DNA of 63,994 bases, filler included, from Choristocarpus tenellus KU-1152 (taxonomy: Eukaryota; Protista; Phaeophyceae): NCBI GenBank assembly GCA_964200185.2. It is 9 parts of 9 records of this genome, joined end to end, with 100 filler letters (N's around TTAATTAATTAA, not from the genome) between each part and the next. Parts side by side here need not be neighbours in the genome. Positions count along the whole stretch, not along the records: positions 1 to 20,644 come from CAXNAD020000383.1; 8 more parts are not named here. One strand, 5' to 3'. The notes under the pieces are model-generated. The model worked only from the letters and a program-made list of their open reading frames with translations. It had not been told where the DNA came from and made no database searches. The position numbers and the translations under genes were made by a program. Position 1 is the stretch's first letter. Each line of letters opens with the position of its first letter. Of the stretch, positions 1-15,596 are shown piece by piece.

Positions 1-350
1 CCACCCACCCCCCTCCCTATTATGTTTATGAAGATTAGATAGGGGTGTTAGTACCTAATACTCATGTTATTACAGACAATAGGATATTATGTTATTCTGT
101 TATTAGGTTTGAGGAGCATTGCTATTACTGTGCCTAAGTTTTAACAATTGATCCACAAACAAGCATCAACTAACTGATTCTCATAGGTGGTGAACAATTT
201 TCTTTTTAACACACCCAGTACTGCCTGAGTAGTGACCAATAACTTTTAAAAACTAAAAAGAGATTTTATCGGGATAAAACCTATTCACCTCTATCTGAAC
301 AAACCCTAACCCTAATCACCTTGTTCTCTTTTGTGACCTGCTCTAAACAG

Positions 351-1743
351 GGCATGCAAGGTGTACCTTATGCATACACAGGGGTGTATGACTGCTTCCG
401 TAGGACAGTCAAACATGAGGTACACTTCATCACACACACACACACACACACACACTTAACTCATTTCCTTGGAGATGTGTCTTGTGTGATTAACTTTTGA
501 AGGTTTATCTATGTGTTGTAGATTTTGTTTGATGACTATCACTAATATGTTTATTGTATTCATTGTTTATCATGTGTCACAGTTTAGGTGTTAGTAATTG
601 TGATGGTTTATTCATGCTGCTACTTTAGGAGTAAAAGTAAAAAAAAGTCAAGAACAATTGAGAGTAGGCAGGGTTACATCTTGAGGATAGCAAATCTTAC
701 CTAATCTTACCTAGAGAGTACAAAGGGTAAGAAAGTGTAATTTTGGACAATTGCAGGAAGAGCATTTGGTGAATTGTGGTGTGTGTCACTTTGGATGTGG
801 AAAGGAGTATCAAATTTGGGTACTGTACACTTACATACAGGGTAGGAAAGATGGCTTTGAATGCAATACAGACCAAACCTGCCTACCTCTCAATTGGTTT
901 GTCTCTAAACATAATGTGATTTATCAATGACACCATTGGGTAAGACAGTAGTGCTTCTATTAGGCATTATTATTATTATGATCACTTGAGGTGTGGGAAC
1001 ATATATTGGAGGAGTGGAATGAGGATAGTGTTGATACAAAAAAATGTGTTGGAGGCCATAATCGCAAAGGGTCATAAACATGTTTTTTGTCATTAGTTGA
1101 TAGCCATCAAGTCAGTCCATTGTGGTAAATTCATCCCCTGTGAAACAAATTGAAGGGATAAAGGTACATACTTCATGAATTTTTATTGTAGGGTAACTCA
1201 GAACTGGTATTAGAACTCTAACCCTTGATAGCATGCCAAACAGAGAGTGCTATTAAATATTCTTATCTCATAAAGTCTTTTTGATTTGAAAAGCAAAACT
1301 AGAGATGGTTGAATCAGATCAAAGTGGGGGCGCCATCTGTAAAGGGGCAATGAAATCAGACACCAACATAAAACAGTTAATTAAGTGGGATGAGGTGTCT
1401 GAAGGTTGAAGTTGAAGGATGGATATGTTGTCATTTTGAATCGGGTGTTTTTGTTTTGACAGCTAGCTTTGAGTACAGATAGCTACCCACTGTTGTTTTG
1501 AAAATAGAATGTGCACCCTCCTCACTCTGTTGTGGTTGATCATTATGAATTTATTTTCTTTTGACCATTATTGATTTAATGCAGGGTATACGGGGACTGT
1601 ATCGTGGACTGGGTCCAAACTTTCTCAAGGCTCTTCCTGCTATTGCCATCAGTTATGCTGTCTTTGAGAAAACCAAGAGGAAACTGTCCACCTATGTACC
1701 ACAGTCAAGATCTTCAAGGACGGTGCTGATTGGAGGAGATTAA
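351..1743 (+). CDS. Mitochondrial carrier (SLC25 family, ATP-Mg/Pi SCaMC-like), last two exons; 5' part lies upstream of the window
   Basis: Exons 351-419 ([23 protein letters not shown]) and 1585-1743 ([32 protein letters not shown]...stop) join through a phase-0 GT-AG intron, giving the carrier motif YTG..DC...T...EG.RGLYRG..PNFLK..P. Confidence 0.9.
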
Positions 1744-4567
1744 CCAAAGTTTTGATAGTTGGATTAGCTGATTGGAGGATGGGTGGATGGATGGACGGAT
1801 TGCATGTAAAAGATAAACTTTTTTATATATGCCACAACAGTAGTCCACAAGATTAGACTTGTTTTGTCTGTGGCCTATCTTGACTGAACAGATACATATC
1901 TCTTTGGTCAGTAATGTATCTTGCAAATATTTTAGGACTCTCATTTTTTGAGAGGATTTAGTTCTTGAGGGGCAAAGATGTGTGGAGGAAAGACACGTGC
2001 ATGTGTTGTGGAGGAATAAAAGGGGTATACCTTTAGTGCTCTTCTGGGGTAGGTAATGAGGTACTACATATTGTGGGAGCGGTTTGAGCAAGAGGTGTCC
2101 AAACCTTATCCTTGAGTCTGGTTTTGAATAGAGGAGTACACTGTTTCTGGGGCTGAATACAGGTTCAGGTTGGATTGCTTAGTTTAACTGTGTCACTCGG
2201 TTTTTGTTCCTCTATTGGAGACCCCACATGTTTGTTTTTTTAATTTAAAGCATCTTCAAGGTAGTGGTGATTGGCAATCAGGTGGAAGCATGGGTCACTT
2301 GCCACCATCCTAAGAAGAGTGTGTGAGATATGTTTGGATTGACCAGAGTCTATCCTGCCTGTCCTTTCCTAAACAAACAAAATATATTAATAGATGCTGT
2401 TGGTTTTGTTTGTCAAGGTGTAGACAAATTCGTATTTTGTTACTTTTTTTTATTTGTCCATGTTCTTTTTTATATAAGTTATCCTCAAGGTGAGCTGGTC
2501 AGGTTGCATGAGAAGACTTGATTGTGGGACTCGGTTTCTTGATAGGTGTGATGCAGTCACACTATAGAAGTGAGTCATGGACGATGTTTTAGTTGTTGGA
2601 TTGATTATGATATGTCATGAACTACCTCCTCCTGTTTTGTTTTTGAGTGGTGAGTGTCAGGGGGTTTTGTCCTCTTCAGGAGGATATATTATCATTTGGG
2701 GGTCCTGTTCTATGTAACATGCATATATTGATAGCTCAGTTCGGAGCTGTTGTGAGAATCTTTTGTAGGAATAAATAATGTGATGTCTTTGTTCACACAG
2801 ATACTTAAATGTACCACTTACGAATGGTTGGCATGGTATGTCTATGTCCGATTTGATTGCTCCATCTCCAGGATACCTTGAATTCCCAGCTATACACAAA
2901 TACCGTACATCCTTGAATTCCCAGCTATACACAAATACCGTACATCCATACGGTACAATGTTCATTTGACACTCCAGACACATACTTTGTTCTCACTGCC
3001 CTCGATCTCATGGGAGAGTATATATCCAGCAGTGTATCCACATTATACTCATCATACTCATGATTTAGGAACTCACCATCAGTCTCTGAAGGAGTCGAGA
3101 CATGTTTATAGCCATGTAAAATGCAATGTATTGTGTGCATGTGTGGGGCTGGTAGATTATCTAAAAAAGAAAATAAATCGGCAACTGATCAATATATTTT
3201 TGATGATACTGATAATATTCCATTTAATTAATTGTCATGCCTTACAACCCTCTTGAACACCCATCACTACAAGGACAGATTTGAGGGGCTAAACAGGACA
3301 AAAACCAGGAAGTGCTTCTTATCAACCATACCTACAAAGATTGCATATAGCAATAGCAACAATACCAATAACTTGGGTGTCACCACCACTTATCACTTCA
3401 CACAACTCATGCAATAACAACAATGGTTTATAGCACTGCATTCTTCTTTTGATTGCTTTTGTGTACTACATAGCTACATAGTTTGTGTCTAAAGTAATCC
3501 TCCTCAACACAATAATATATGCATGTTTGAAAATCGCATAGGATATAGAACCACTTACTTCCTCCCCTGAACGTTCTCAATAGACATACAAGAGCAATCC
3601 TCTAAATATACCAAATATACCAGACTCCCATGTAAGTCTTGTGTCAAAAGGAGTTAGCTCAGTAGTAGTACTTACTGACAAGAGCACAATATCTATTCAA
3701 ACCTCAAGACTATTGGAGGTCTTACTACACCACTCCCTTTGCTACAATCACATAGAGACACACTTTCTTTCCCATCTACCAACCAAAAGCACTTATCACT
3801 TATCCTGAGGTTACTGACACCAAGTGGCGTGTCATACTAGGTTCCCTATGTGGATATCCCAACCATTGAAATAAAATATATTATGGTATAGAGGAGGGTG
3901 AGGAGGGTGAGCAAAAATGGCCACTGGGTCCAAGGCAGGGATTCTGACTGTCCATTTCACAAGACGTTTGGATCAATATGATGAAACCAAGTACAGTACC
4001 TAGTACCAGGTAGAAGAAGAGCATTTCCTACAGCTTCATACATGTCCCTGTGAACCTGTGTTCAACAGTGAATGTACATGTCTCATTCATCCCTTCTACA
4101 CACATGCACAAACACACACAAACACAAATGTTTTCTCTTGGATGGAAACTGTTGATATTCATCTCCTCCATATTATACCTCAAAAACTGCACCACATAGT
4201 ATAATGTATAGGGTTAGGGTATATACCATGTGGGTTTGCCAAACTTGCCACAATGGGAACAGTCTTAAACCACTACAACAATACTACAACACCCCAAACA
4301 GTACATGTGACCCTACTTAAATCAGTAAGGTAGAAATGCCCCCTCGTAGTACCTTCACTGCCTCATCTAACTCATCTAACTCATATGGAAACCCCCACCC
4401 ATCAACCAACTGAAGGTCCAATTCTCCCTACTGAAGCAACCTGTCACCCTGGAACATGAGCAAGGGCCTCCACATCCTAACACATGTTGTGCCCCTCTAT
4501 TGCTTGTGCTTATCATGTCTTCAGTCTGTAACAATTTATTTGACATGATCAATATGATGTATCATCA

Positions 4568-7500
4568 CTAAAAGCGGAAGTTCTTCACAGTGTCAATAAA
4601 GAACTTGGCATTCTCCTCCGATGTCTTGGCCTCAATGCCATGTCCCAAGTTCATCACGTGATTGCGACCTCCACCAGCACGTAAGATCTCTTCGGCTCGT
4701 TCCTAAAAGTTAAATATAAATGTAAAGCAGGATAGCATGCATAAAGTTGCACATTCCATGGAGGAGTGATGTCATATGGTTTTTGATCGAATAGTGGATG
4801 GCGTTTGCACGGCTAAAATGCACACTGGTCTTACTTATTTGTTTAAAATGGATTATGCACTTACTGAGTACACAGTACTAGATAAAATTCCTAATACACA
4901 GTGCATATATGCCAATACACTGTGCATATATGCCTCTAACATAGGCCATAGTAAATGGTGACATTTGTACAACAGCATGCCTTGACTATGATGTACCGGC
5001 TCATTTGAACACAGGTCTACCACACTGTTCCAAGCTTTGAAAAAAAATCCAAGGTGATTGTGAGGAGGCAAATGTTAAGAAATACTTTCTTGTGGGGGGT
5101 GAAAACAACCTTGGGAAGAGCAAAAAAGTGTGTTGTGAGGGAATGGAGGTAGGTGAAGGAACTGTTGTAAGAGCGGGGATTCTTTTTACTCTCAGAATAG
5201 AGTCAGGTGGGGGGAAAGAGTGACAAGCAGTCACTAGTAGTCAGTGCTTGTTCAATTGTATCCCAAAAGCAGATAACTAGGACATTCAACTTCACACTCT
5301 TGGCAAATTACCAACCATATACTTACCGAGGGGAATTAGTATACATGACTACATTAGAAAGAAGAGTGGTATTAGTATACACGACTACATTAGAAAGAAG
5401 AGTGGTATTAAGGGAGAGTCTCTTCCCTTGAGCAAACACTTCACTTGTTCACAGATGCATCAACTAACTCCAGCAATACATCACAATAATTCTCTATTAA
5501 CCCTTGAGAGGCATGAACTCACCTAACCTTTGACATGCTGAATATACTTTTTGACCTGCCCTTGTACACTATTATTATAAATACAACAAGTCTCTTTGTC
5601 AAACACACAACAAGGTGCTAACTACCATCAGACTCTGTCCTCCACATGCAATCTCAAGACCATTCCATACCCTCTACCTTCCCTCAACCTTCACCTTGAA
5701 CACCATACATACCAACTGTGTTCTACTGATGAAAGAGTATTACCCACAAATAAACAATAACAATAACAAACCCTGGAGAGGCCACACACATACCTTAATG
5801 GTGGCATGGTCCCCAAACAGGATGGCGGGGTCAAGGTTGCCCTGGATTCCCAGCTTGTCACCTGTAAAACAATATTGCAAATGACCCAAGCATACAGAAT
5901 TCATCAAGAGGGGTTAGGGGGGGGGGATTATGAGGGATGGTTAAACTTGTCACTTATTGTACTGATGCAGACTGAGGGTATATACCTTGACAAGAGCGGT
6001 CAACTGGGTTAGGGTTAGGGTTAGCATTATTGCTGAGGGAGCAGTATTAGTAACACCAAGGAAAAAGGTAACACAATCACCAGCTATCGCCAACATCTAA
6101 TATTATCATTGAGCAGGATCAACTTTTCAGAGCAGTCTCCTGCATTTCTCATTTAACATTTCTCTACCAAACAGAAAACATAGATACAGACATAGAGATA
6201 AACAGATAATGCTATTAATGTCGTTAACAATAATGGGAGTTCAATAGGAAGTAGGCATGACAACAGAGGGGTACAAACATATATATCTATATAAATAGAA
6301 ACTAAAAAATTCACCTTCAACTCCTATTAATACCCTCCCTCTCATATATGATCAGCATCATACACCATTGTAGAACAAGTCCTCCTTGCCCTCCCTCCCT
6401 TCAGTATGTACAATAAAATACAACACTCCCTGTAATAATAATAATAATAGTGTGAAGTACACTCTTGACAGTACATCCCTCCCCATCATTAGAGTCCTCG
6501 CCTTGTGCCATGTCAATCCCTATCAAAGACAGTGGAAAATAAATCCCTTGTGTAGATAGGATAGGATAGGATAGGATAGGTGTGACCGTCATCACACACA
6601 CTCCCTGTATTAAAAAAAAATGTATTCACACAATGCATGCAAACATACATATTACACAAAAAAAATGATAAAAAAAATTGGGAACAAGAGTGCATGCCTA
6701 TCCTCTGCCGGGCCTCAGGAATTGTCACAGTCCAGTCCAGAGAGACAATGTCCACTCCAGAGCTAGCCATGCGCTCCAGGAGGGCTCCAGATTTGTTGAT
6801 GTATATGATCACCGGCACTTCTGGGTGGGCAGCCTTGATCTTCTCAATAACCATACACTGGGTGGGGTAGTGGATGTGTGGTATGTGTGGTAAGTGTGGT
6901 ATATGTGGTATGTGTGGTAAGTGTGGTAAGTGTAAGGGGATCAAAGACAAGTGGCCACAGACTAAACAATCAATGGGGGGACTGGGTTTGAGGAGTATAA
7001 GAGATGAAGTGTAAGGGATAGAGTATAAGGCATAAAGTATAATGGATAGAGTATAAGAGATGAAGTGTAAGGGATAGAGTATAAGGCATAAAGTATAGTG
7101 GATAGAGTAGAAGAGATGAAGTACAAGGGATAAAGTGTAAGAGATAAAGTATAAAGGCACTACTACCAAGGCACTGTACTACAACAGTAGGGATGAGGTA
7201 GTAGGATTATATACTGAGACCAAAGGATGTACCACTACAAAATGGCATAATTGCAACATACCTCCAAACTCCAGTAGTACCAATAGCTAGTACTTAGTGG
7301 GGATACTGGAACCAGTGTAAAGATGAAGTTGGGATTACCACATCACTCACTAGTCAGGACCAACTAGCCTCACTGATACCAAAGGTTGTAGTGGATGATG
7401 GCATGCTCTCCTTTTAAAGATGGAAGGACAGTGCAGAAACACTGACCAACAGAGACACCATTTTAAAAATAAATATAAAAATAAAATAAGAACAAAAAAC

Positions 7501-7947
7501 ATACGTACAATAGAAAACATAAATTCTATATAATATCTTTGTATTAACAATAATAAACAATTTAAGATCATTATTAAAAGAAAACCTATATCCCCGCTAG
7601 CTAGCAAACGGCGGATGGTGCTCCCATTGATAATCATCTTCCAAATGCTTTTAGTGCCATTGTTGACCTGACCTATTGTTGATCTGATATTCTGTGGCAT
7701 CAAGGATGGTCCTCACCCATTCACCACCCTCCACCCATCAAAGATGCCTGATACTAATGCACCCCTTGCAATAAAAAAATGTCAATCAATTAATGAATTG
7801 AATAAAACCAACACACCCTATGACACTATGACCAATATCAACAAATGCTCAGGGACAGAACTCTTTCAGAGATGGTCCTTTCATCAAACCATCTTTGTTT
7901 CATCAAACATTCCCTAGGGTACACACTTGTCTTTGCTCTTCAAACAT

Positions 7948-8000
<53 letters not shown>

Positions 8001-11000
8001 GACTAAGATGTTGAGAGTCTCTCCTGTCACTGGGGTCACAAGAAGGTTAAAATGTACTTTGAGATATTCACTATGTCACAACATGTGATGGCGTTTCACC
8101 TCTATTGTAACAACACCTCTATTGTAACAACATACTGGAGACACCTACAACTACTAGCACTAGCACTAGTACTTCATCGCTAAATTATCTTAATCCGGTT
8201 CATGTGGAAGGTATACCTGGTAAGGTGCAGCAAAGGCATCATAGTCTCTGGGGCTCAGGTGTCCTGCCCACGAGTCGAACACCTGAATCACTTGGGCACC
8301 ACTGTCCACCTATCAAAATCAATCAGAGTTATAGAGTTATACCATAGCACCACCACATAGTAAAAAAAAGAAGAATCAAACTGTGTGCAGAGGTACAGCC
8401 AGTTTTAATAGCTATTAGTATTTACTATAATTTTACTAGCTATTAATATGTCATGGATGGTGTGGTCAAAGTACTAGTACCATGATCATCATAGTGAGAC
8501 CACAACACATCAATCACATCAATACTCTATCCATCTATCTGTAAGAGATATCTGAATCTGCGAAGTGAGGACCACTACCAAGAGAAGCAACCACTCTTCT
8601 CACACGTGATATTAATAGAGTGACAAAACTGTTACTCATCTATTAAATTTTGTTAATTGTTAATATGTACTCTATTAAATTAATTGCTAACACAATGGAC
8701 ATGATGTACCAACCATTGGAAGAGGACAGGGAACACACTAATTGAGGTAAACAGAAGACTTGTCATACTCACTTCCTCACAAATTGGTAACGACACTCAG
8801 GAACTAATACACACACACACACACACATTTATCTATATATTACAAATATGTCTATATTACAAACATGTCACCATAACAACTTTACTCTCACCACCCTAAA
8901 AGTCACTACAGACACCCAAAAACACGCAATACATCCCTCAGTCAGTCAGTCAGTCAGTCAGTCAGTTAGTTAGTTACTTAGTTAGTCAGTCAACGTACAA
9001 AGTAAAAAAACATCCCAAAAACTGCACTTTGTATACACACAAGACACTGATAACTAAGTGTCTTTACACAATACCAACTACAGCAATATAATCACCGACC
9101 TGATAGTTGGCATAGTCTCCAATGGAGTCAGCCAGGCTCTTGAGCATGGAGTGCAAAAGATCTGGCTCTAGGAACATCATTTTCTTGATCTCAAGGTACT
9201 CCTTTGAGGTCTGACCCTGAACAATATTGACAACACATGGGGGGGAGGGGAGTGGGAAGGTAGTGCTTGAGCCAGTTGGTTGCCTATACTATAGATAGTA
9301 TGTACTATACATACCATTGCAGAGTACTACCTGTAGGGATAGGGTTAATGTTTACATTTCTTGACCTATAGGGTTAGGATTAGGGGATTATTTAATAAAG
9401 TAGGCGTAAAATTAAAAATAAATAAAATATGCCATGTTGATACCAGTAGTACTGATAACTAATAACTATTAACTAATCAGCAACTTACATTCCTAGTCAC
9501 ACATAAAAAAATGTGTGTAATACAAGAATTGTGTTTTTCAAAATGGATATCTGTTGTATCTATCATTTTGACATCTGAAGACACTGGAAACAGTCAAATA
9601 CAAAAAACATGCACTATTCAAGATGCCAACATGATAGATACCCACCCAACCCTAACCATTGAAATAGCCATTGTAAATTGAGTAAGAGGGTGCTTGGGGC
9701 ACTCTTTTCACTTGAAGTACTTGCTAACAAATATATATATATATTGCTGTCAGCAATTTTTGAAATAATTAAATATCTGATTAATGAAACATACACTATG
9801 TATCAATAGCATCGATATATATCAATAGCATCGATATGTATCAATAGCATCAATACTATCTGATTTAGTCCAACACTGAACTTTTTTTATTTTTATCAAT
9901 ACTAGTATCAATACTAGTCAAGACTGCATGCACAGCTCCAGAATCTAGTGTAGATCGACATCTATCGGCGACATCTCTCAGATCTTACGATAAATAGATC
10001 AACATCTCTCAGATCTTACGATAAATAGATCAACATCTCTCAGATCTTACGATAAATAGATCAACATCTATCAAATCTTACGATAAATAGATCAACATCT
10101 ATCACATCTTACGACAAATAACATAGGAGTTGTCAGGTCAATAGCCCCCCACTACTGGCTGCACTGACACTCTATAGTCTATCTATTGCATTCCAACAAC
10201 AGCATGTTTCATATTTCAACCAAAAGAATGTGAACATGAGACCTCCATGCCATACAAACAACTCAGACAAACAAACCTCCACCAAGTAAGTGGCCAAGGT
10301 GTAAGGAAGGCCCACAAAGCCTAGTACAGTGGCCTCATTCCCCACCACCCTCCTCAGCTCCCTCAGTGTCTCTCCCACAAATGGACAGGCCTTCTCTGGG
10401 TCAATAGGGTGCATCTTCTTCGCCTACCACATTTTAGGAGCACAAAAACAACAAGATGTTGAGGGGGGGGTGGGGGTGGGGGTGGGGGGGGAGCTACAAA
10501 AATGAAGAGGGGAACCAATAACCCTACTGGTGGAATAGAATAAGAAAAAACAGAGATGCTTTGTTAAGAGGTGGTAGTATCAATCACATTAATGATATTA
10601 ATTCAGCTTGTCTAATAGAAACATATTGCTGAGACAAGGGCGTAGAGGGGGATACACTGTATGTGGGGTGTGAATTTGTCAGTTTCACGTGTTACTTATA
10701 TATATTCTATATATAAGATATAATCAGGGAGGGGGGAAAATGCATTTCCTCAGACTTGAGTACAATCGATAGAGTGGATTGGTCCTCTAGTACAACATAC
10801 CCAGTACTCCACACAACTATCCCTAACCCTAACTTTATGAGAACATTCCCACTGCCACTACGGCCTTACTAAAGTTTGACACTATCTAATACTGTACCAT
10901 ACTATTGATTAAGAAATAGTGAGGGAGCACAATAGAGCCAATAATAGTTGTAGACATATGAGTGATTTAAAGGCTGCATTGAAATACACCTTGTCAAGTT

Positions 11001-14000
11001 CTGACAGATGTAACACAATGAATGTACCATAGTAGCAATAGCTAACATGAACAAGATACCAATCCCTTAAGTCTTTACACTCCAATCTGAAGGAGAGCAA
11101 GACTTGCAAAGAGAGACATCATACACAAACCAAACCAAACCACACCACACCACACCACACTACCAGCACTATTAATAGCATTATTTTTTCCACCTAATCC
11201 CACCTAATCACAAATATTGTAAATACCTTGCTATAAAATAATACAATCTACAACGTTGTTCATGCCCATGTCATGGACCAGCGAACAGTACTTGTGATTG
11301 CCCCCCCCCCCCCCCGCCCCCCCCCCCCCCAAAAAAAAAAGAAAAAAAAATTTTTTTTTTTTTTACCCCCCCCCCCGTGCNNNNNNNNNNAAAAAAAAAA
11401 AACAACAAATTTTTTCTACCCCATTAATAATAACAACAAAAAAAATATGTTAATACCCCCCCCCCCCCCCCTGCCCCCTGCCCACCAAGATAAAGAGTAA
11501 AAAAAATTTTTTTTTTTTCTCACCGCCTCCCAGGTACGCATGGGGGGAATCTTGGGTCCAGCCTTCTCCTCAATTGTGAAGTCAACACCCATACCCTGGT
11601 CAACACAAGCACAGACGTGTACAGCATACATGCCATACACAAGGTTACATACATAAGGTCACATACATAAGTTCACATACATAAGGTTACATACGTAAGG
11701 TTACATACATAAGGTTACATACATAAGGTTACATACATAAGGTTACATACATAAGGTTACATACAGAAGGTTACATACATAAGTTTACATACATAAGGTT
11801 ATATACGTAAGGTTACACCACGTCTTGCACATATACCACATATACCCAGTTATATCATACTTCAGATGCTGGGGAGGGAGGGAGGGGTTTGTGTGTGTGT
11901 GTGTGTGTTATAAAGGTGAGATAAAACAGTGGAAGAGACCAAATAGTCACAGGGACGCAGAGGAACAGGCAACACAATAAACTACAGACAAGAGCATAAA
12001 AGGTGCAACACAATAAACTTGATAGATCATTGTACAGACATAAACATGCCAACATAAAATAAAATATAATACATAAGTGAACACATGCCATTCTACATCA
12101 TCTGTTGTGGAGAACAATTACCAACAGCTTAAAACACTTCAACCACTTCAACCATCAGAGGATCTACACATGGCGTGTGCTATTTGTACAGGGTACAGGG
12201 TACAGGAGGGTTGCAGGGTTGTTTGTTCTTGCATGGACAAGTATATTGCCGTGCTTGAAACACTCTCCACCCCACAGGCATTCACACGATCAAGAATATA
12301 TATATATATATATATATTTCACTTGGATTGAAACCACAGAGTTGGTTTATATCTACATAGATAATGATATCGGAAATAAAGATATTGGAAACAAATAATT
12401 TTGAAATTTCGAAACTGAACCCTAACCCTAACATACATATCTGTGACACCTTAAGGGGGGAAGAATGTCCTAGCACCCCCAGGACCTCAACAATTAAGCT
12501 GCTGCACATGCTTTCAACCCTCAATAAATGGGTACAGTAACCCTCAATAAATGAGTACAATAACCCTAACCCCAAATGGGTATGTGGTACGATAGTTCCC
12601 ACAACTCTGTTTCTTGATACAAAACACCTATGGCTTCTTGGCCAGACTAGCTTATATAGAGCTCAACCTCCATGCCAACTCCAAAACAATCACCATACAT
12701 GGAGACACAACACGACATGAGATGAGATGAGATGAGATAGGATGGGGATGGGATGGGATGTGATGTGATGGGATGGGATGTACCCACCGGCAGTGGTGTT
12801 AAGATATCTGAGAACAGAATCACGCCATCAGTCTTGTAACTCCTCCATGGCTGAAGAGAGATCTCCGTAGATACCTCTGGAATCTCAGACCTCTCTCTGA
12901 AGGTAGGATACTTGGAGGAGAAAGTTAAAAAAATGGAGTAAAACATATTTTGCAATTACGTCAGTTCTAAAAAGTGAGGGAAGAGGGGGGGAGGGGTACT
13001 TAGCAGGGTATTATTAGGGTGAAATACCCTGTCAGTGTGAACAAGGAAGGTAATATATCACATGTTAGGGTGCGTTACCATTTATTATTATTATTACACT
13101 ATTTTGTTGTTTAGAGGGTGTGGTATGGTAACTCCATGAACATTTGAGATTTGGGCAACGCATTGCTTCCACATTTTCCCATGGTGCCCTTGGATCTTGA
13201 GCTGGACCTGCCTTCACCATGGGGTTTGACCTCGCTGTTGTGATGTAGTGACTACATGTCTAACACTTGTTGACACATTCACACTGGACAGTTGAAACCG
13301 AAATCAGATCCCCATGAAAAGAAATCTAAGGTTAATGCGGTTCAAATTTTAGAAATCCATGTGTGGTGAAGCCTCCTTATCAAGTGAGCCGCAAGGATGC
13401 AAGTCATCAAGACTACGTAGTGCATGCAAACAGTAAAAAATATATAAATAAAATATGTATCAGTATGATAAGGTGATAAGGTGACAAATATGGACAGTTC
13501 TGCATGGTATTTGTACAGTACATCCTGCTTCTCTGAGGTTTCCATGAAATTTTTGGCATTTTCGTGGTACAGTATAGTAGTGACTACCGTTGTCAGAATC
13601 CTACCATAAACCATGGTAGTAATGTACTCATTACTGCAGTAATCACCACCACGATGAGCCTAGAAATATTCTACGTCAGTTTAGTTAAAGGAGTGAAAGT
13701 ATCTTAGAGGGTACGAATTTTTCCCTGTTTGTCCATTTGGGGCTTGGCTTCCCATGGGTTCTTGTATAACATTTTACGACTACAAAATGTTTCGGAGTAG
13801 GTAAAATGTATACGTCATGAAAAGGTGTGTCCGGAACATGGATATTGACACTTCCTAACAAACACAATAGCCAATATTACATCAAAATCGCAACATTGGA
13901 TTTTGGGCCCCAAATGGACGCGGCTCTACCCTCTAAGATACTTTAGCTCAAAGATGAGTGGTGAAATGCACTTTCCAGGTACCCTCATACCCAACATCAA

Positions 14001-15596
14001 CAACATCACCAAATACACGAAATTTCCTGAGAAACGAAAGGCTTACAACCTAAAGCAATCTCAGTCTGTGTCCACTTTGGCAGGACATGTCTGAGGTAGA
14101 GCCTTCAGGGATACAGGGGTTCTGTACCTCATGTTGCCATAGAATATGGTAATTGTAAGCAAGGATTTACTTCCTACTAACAACCACTAGTGCAGAATGT
14201 AATTGCAATACACCTGACCTCCAATTGAAACCAGCTCAAAGCAGTCCAAGTCAAAACTGTTTGTCACAACAAACTGACCATCACTGCTCAACTGTATGAC
14301 TTCTACCTGTAGAGATAAGCAGATGCTGCCAGGTATGGTCTACATATAAAAGAAAACCTACAACTCCAGATAAACTGCCTACCTGCAACAACAAAGCAAG
14401 TGGTTCGTGTAGGTGTTGGTAGAAGCGAAGTAAGGCAAACAATTAGCATAGGCCTGGGCCGCTTTGCCAAACGTCAGTAGTATCTCTCCTTCTCTTGCCA
14501 CAAACACATACCAGTCCAACTCAACGACAACTCTCCGCAGCTTACCATAGAGCAACCGTAACTACCCTTCAGCTCCTCGGTCCTACTCATTGAACAATTG
14601 AGAGACAAACTCCTTCATAGCTCAAATATTTGAGTAACTGATCTATAACAAAAGTACATTCCAAATCCATCCATATTTCCACCAGCGGGCTCTTGGTATT
14701 ACGACTGGTACCGGTAAGCGAGAGCCGGAAAGTGGCATTGAATAGCGTACCTTCTGTACCAGGTCTCTGTACACTTGCATGTGTCGTCCTGCCTGACGCA
14801 TCATCCACACCGGCACACGCTCCACTTCCTAGAATGGGGGGAGGGAGCGACGAAAGGTAAGTTTGCCATCGAGTCCTAGTCCACGAGACAAGCATGATAT
14901 GATCACAATTTGATTATCAAGGATTGCGGCGGAAGGTTGTCATTGAAGGCACAGTGAAGGTATCCACACGTTTCTTCAGGGATACCCGCAATGGGGCCCC
15001 CTTTCCTTCAATTGTAACCTTGACCGCGCATTCCACAACCTAGTAGTCCCGATACACCGTAGTATTCAACGTGTCTGCTCCAAGTAAGGTAAAATCCCCC
15101 GCTGAAACTCCTGAGGTCTGCACAGTGTGCCGGGATATATCGTATAATCAATCACACCTCTCCACGGGCTGTCCGAAGAAGAAGGGGGTCTTCTGTTCCA
15201 GTCTTGCTGTCAGTCGCGACCTTGGAGGCCTCAGATGCCACAGCATGGAGCGAAGTCCGCCGTTGGTCCCGTCCAACCGATGACACAATCATTGATCGGG
15301 AGAGTCGTTGAGATTGAATTGTCACCCCCAGATTCCTTGAAGCTCAATCAGAAGGGTACCAAGGTGAAGGGTAAGCGGATGGCAGTAAAGTAGCAATGGA
15401 TCATGTTTAAAAGTGGTCGCTCCTAAGCCCTTGACATTCGCACACAACAGGAAAACGAACACAATCCTTGTTGCAGAGTATATAATGAGGTCTGTATCAC
15501 TTACCCGGCCGGTGCAGTGAAGGCATCAGTACCAGAGAGCAGCGCGATCGCAACAGTAATTCCACCCAGGAAACCTGAAGCTCGGTGACTTTCCAT
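4568..15596 (-). CDS. hemE: Uroporphyrinogen decarboxylase, plastid-targeted, complete, 11 exons, 420 aa
   Basis: Exons 15505-15596, 15158-15335, 14751-14828, 12788-12910, 11524-11595, 10277-10423, 9100-9216, 8217-8309, 6698-6857, 5794-5861, 4568-4702 sum to 1263 nt with consistent phases. Motifs: [60 protein letters not shown]-terminus [25 protein letters not shown]|FTAP is a signal peptide plus ASAF-type motif followed by an S/R-rich transit peptide. Confidence 0.96.
9960..10120. repeat. Minisatellite, ~31-bp unit x ~5, in a hemE intron
   Basis: Repeated GATCAACATCTCTCAGATCTTACGATAAATA. Confidence 0.9.
11641..11818. repeat. Minisatellite, 14-bp unit x ~13, in a hemE intron
   Basis: Repeated AAGGTTACATACAT. 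Confidence 0.9.
13691..13949 (+). mobile_element. MITE family 1 (~260 bp), intronic copy in hemE
   Basis: TIRs GAGTGAAAGTATCTTAGAGGGTA...TACCCTCTAAGATACTTTAGCTC, flanked by 4-bp TSD AAAG. Confidence 0.9.

Noticed and set aside
6513-7169. 218-aa ORF with HLPHIP repeats
   Set aside because: Only 6698-6857 is a hemE exon; the rest is intronic 9-bp and ~60-bp tandem repeat.
11295-11520. Poly-C/poly-A/poly-T ORFs ([12 protein letters not shown]) around a 10-N gap
   Set aside because: Low-quality sequence next to homopolymers at a gap; not coding.
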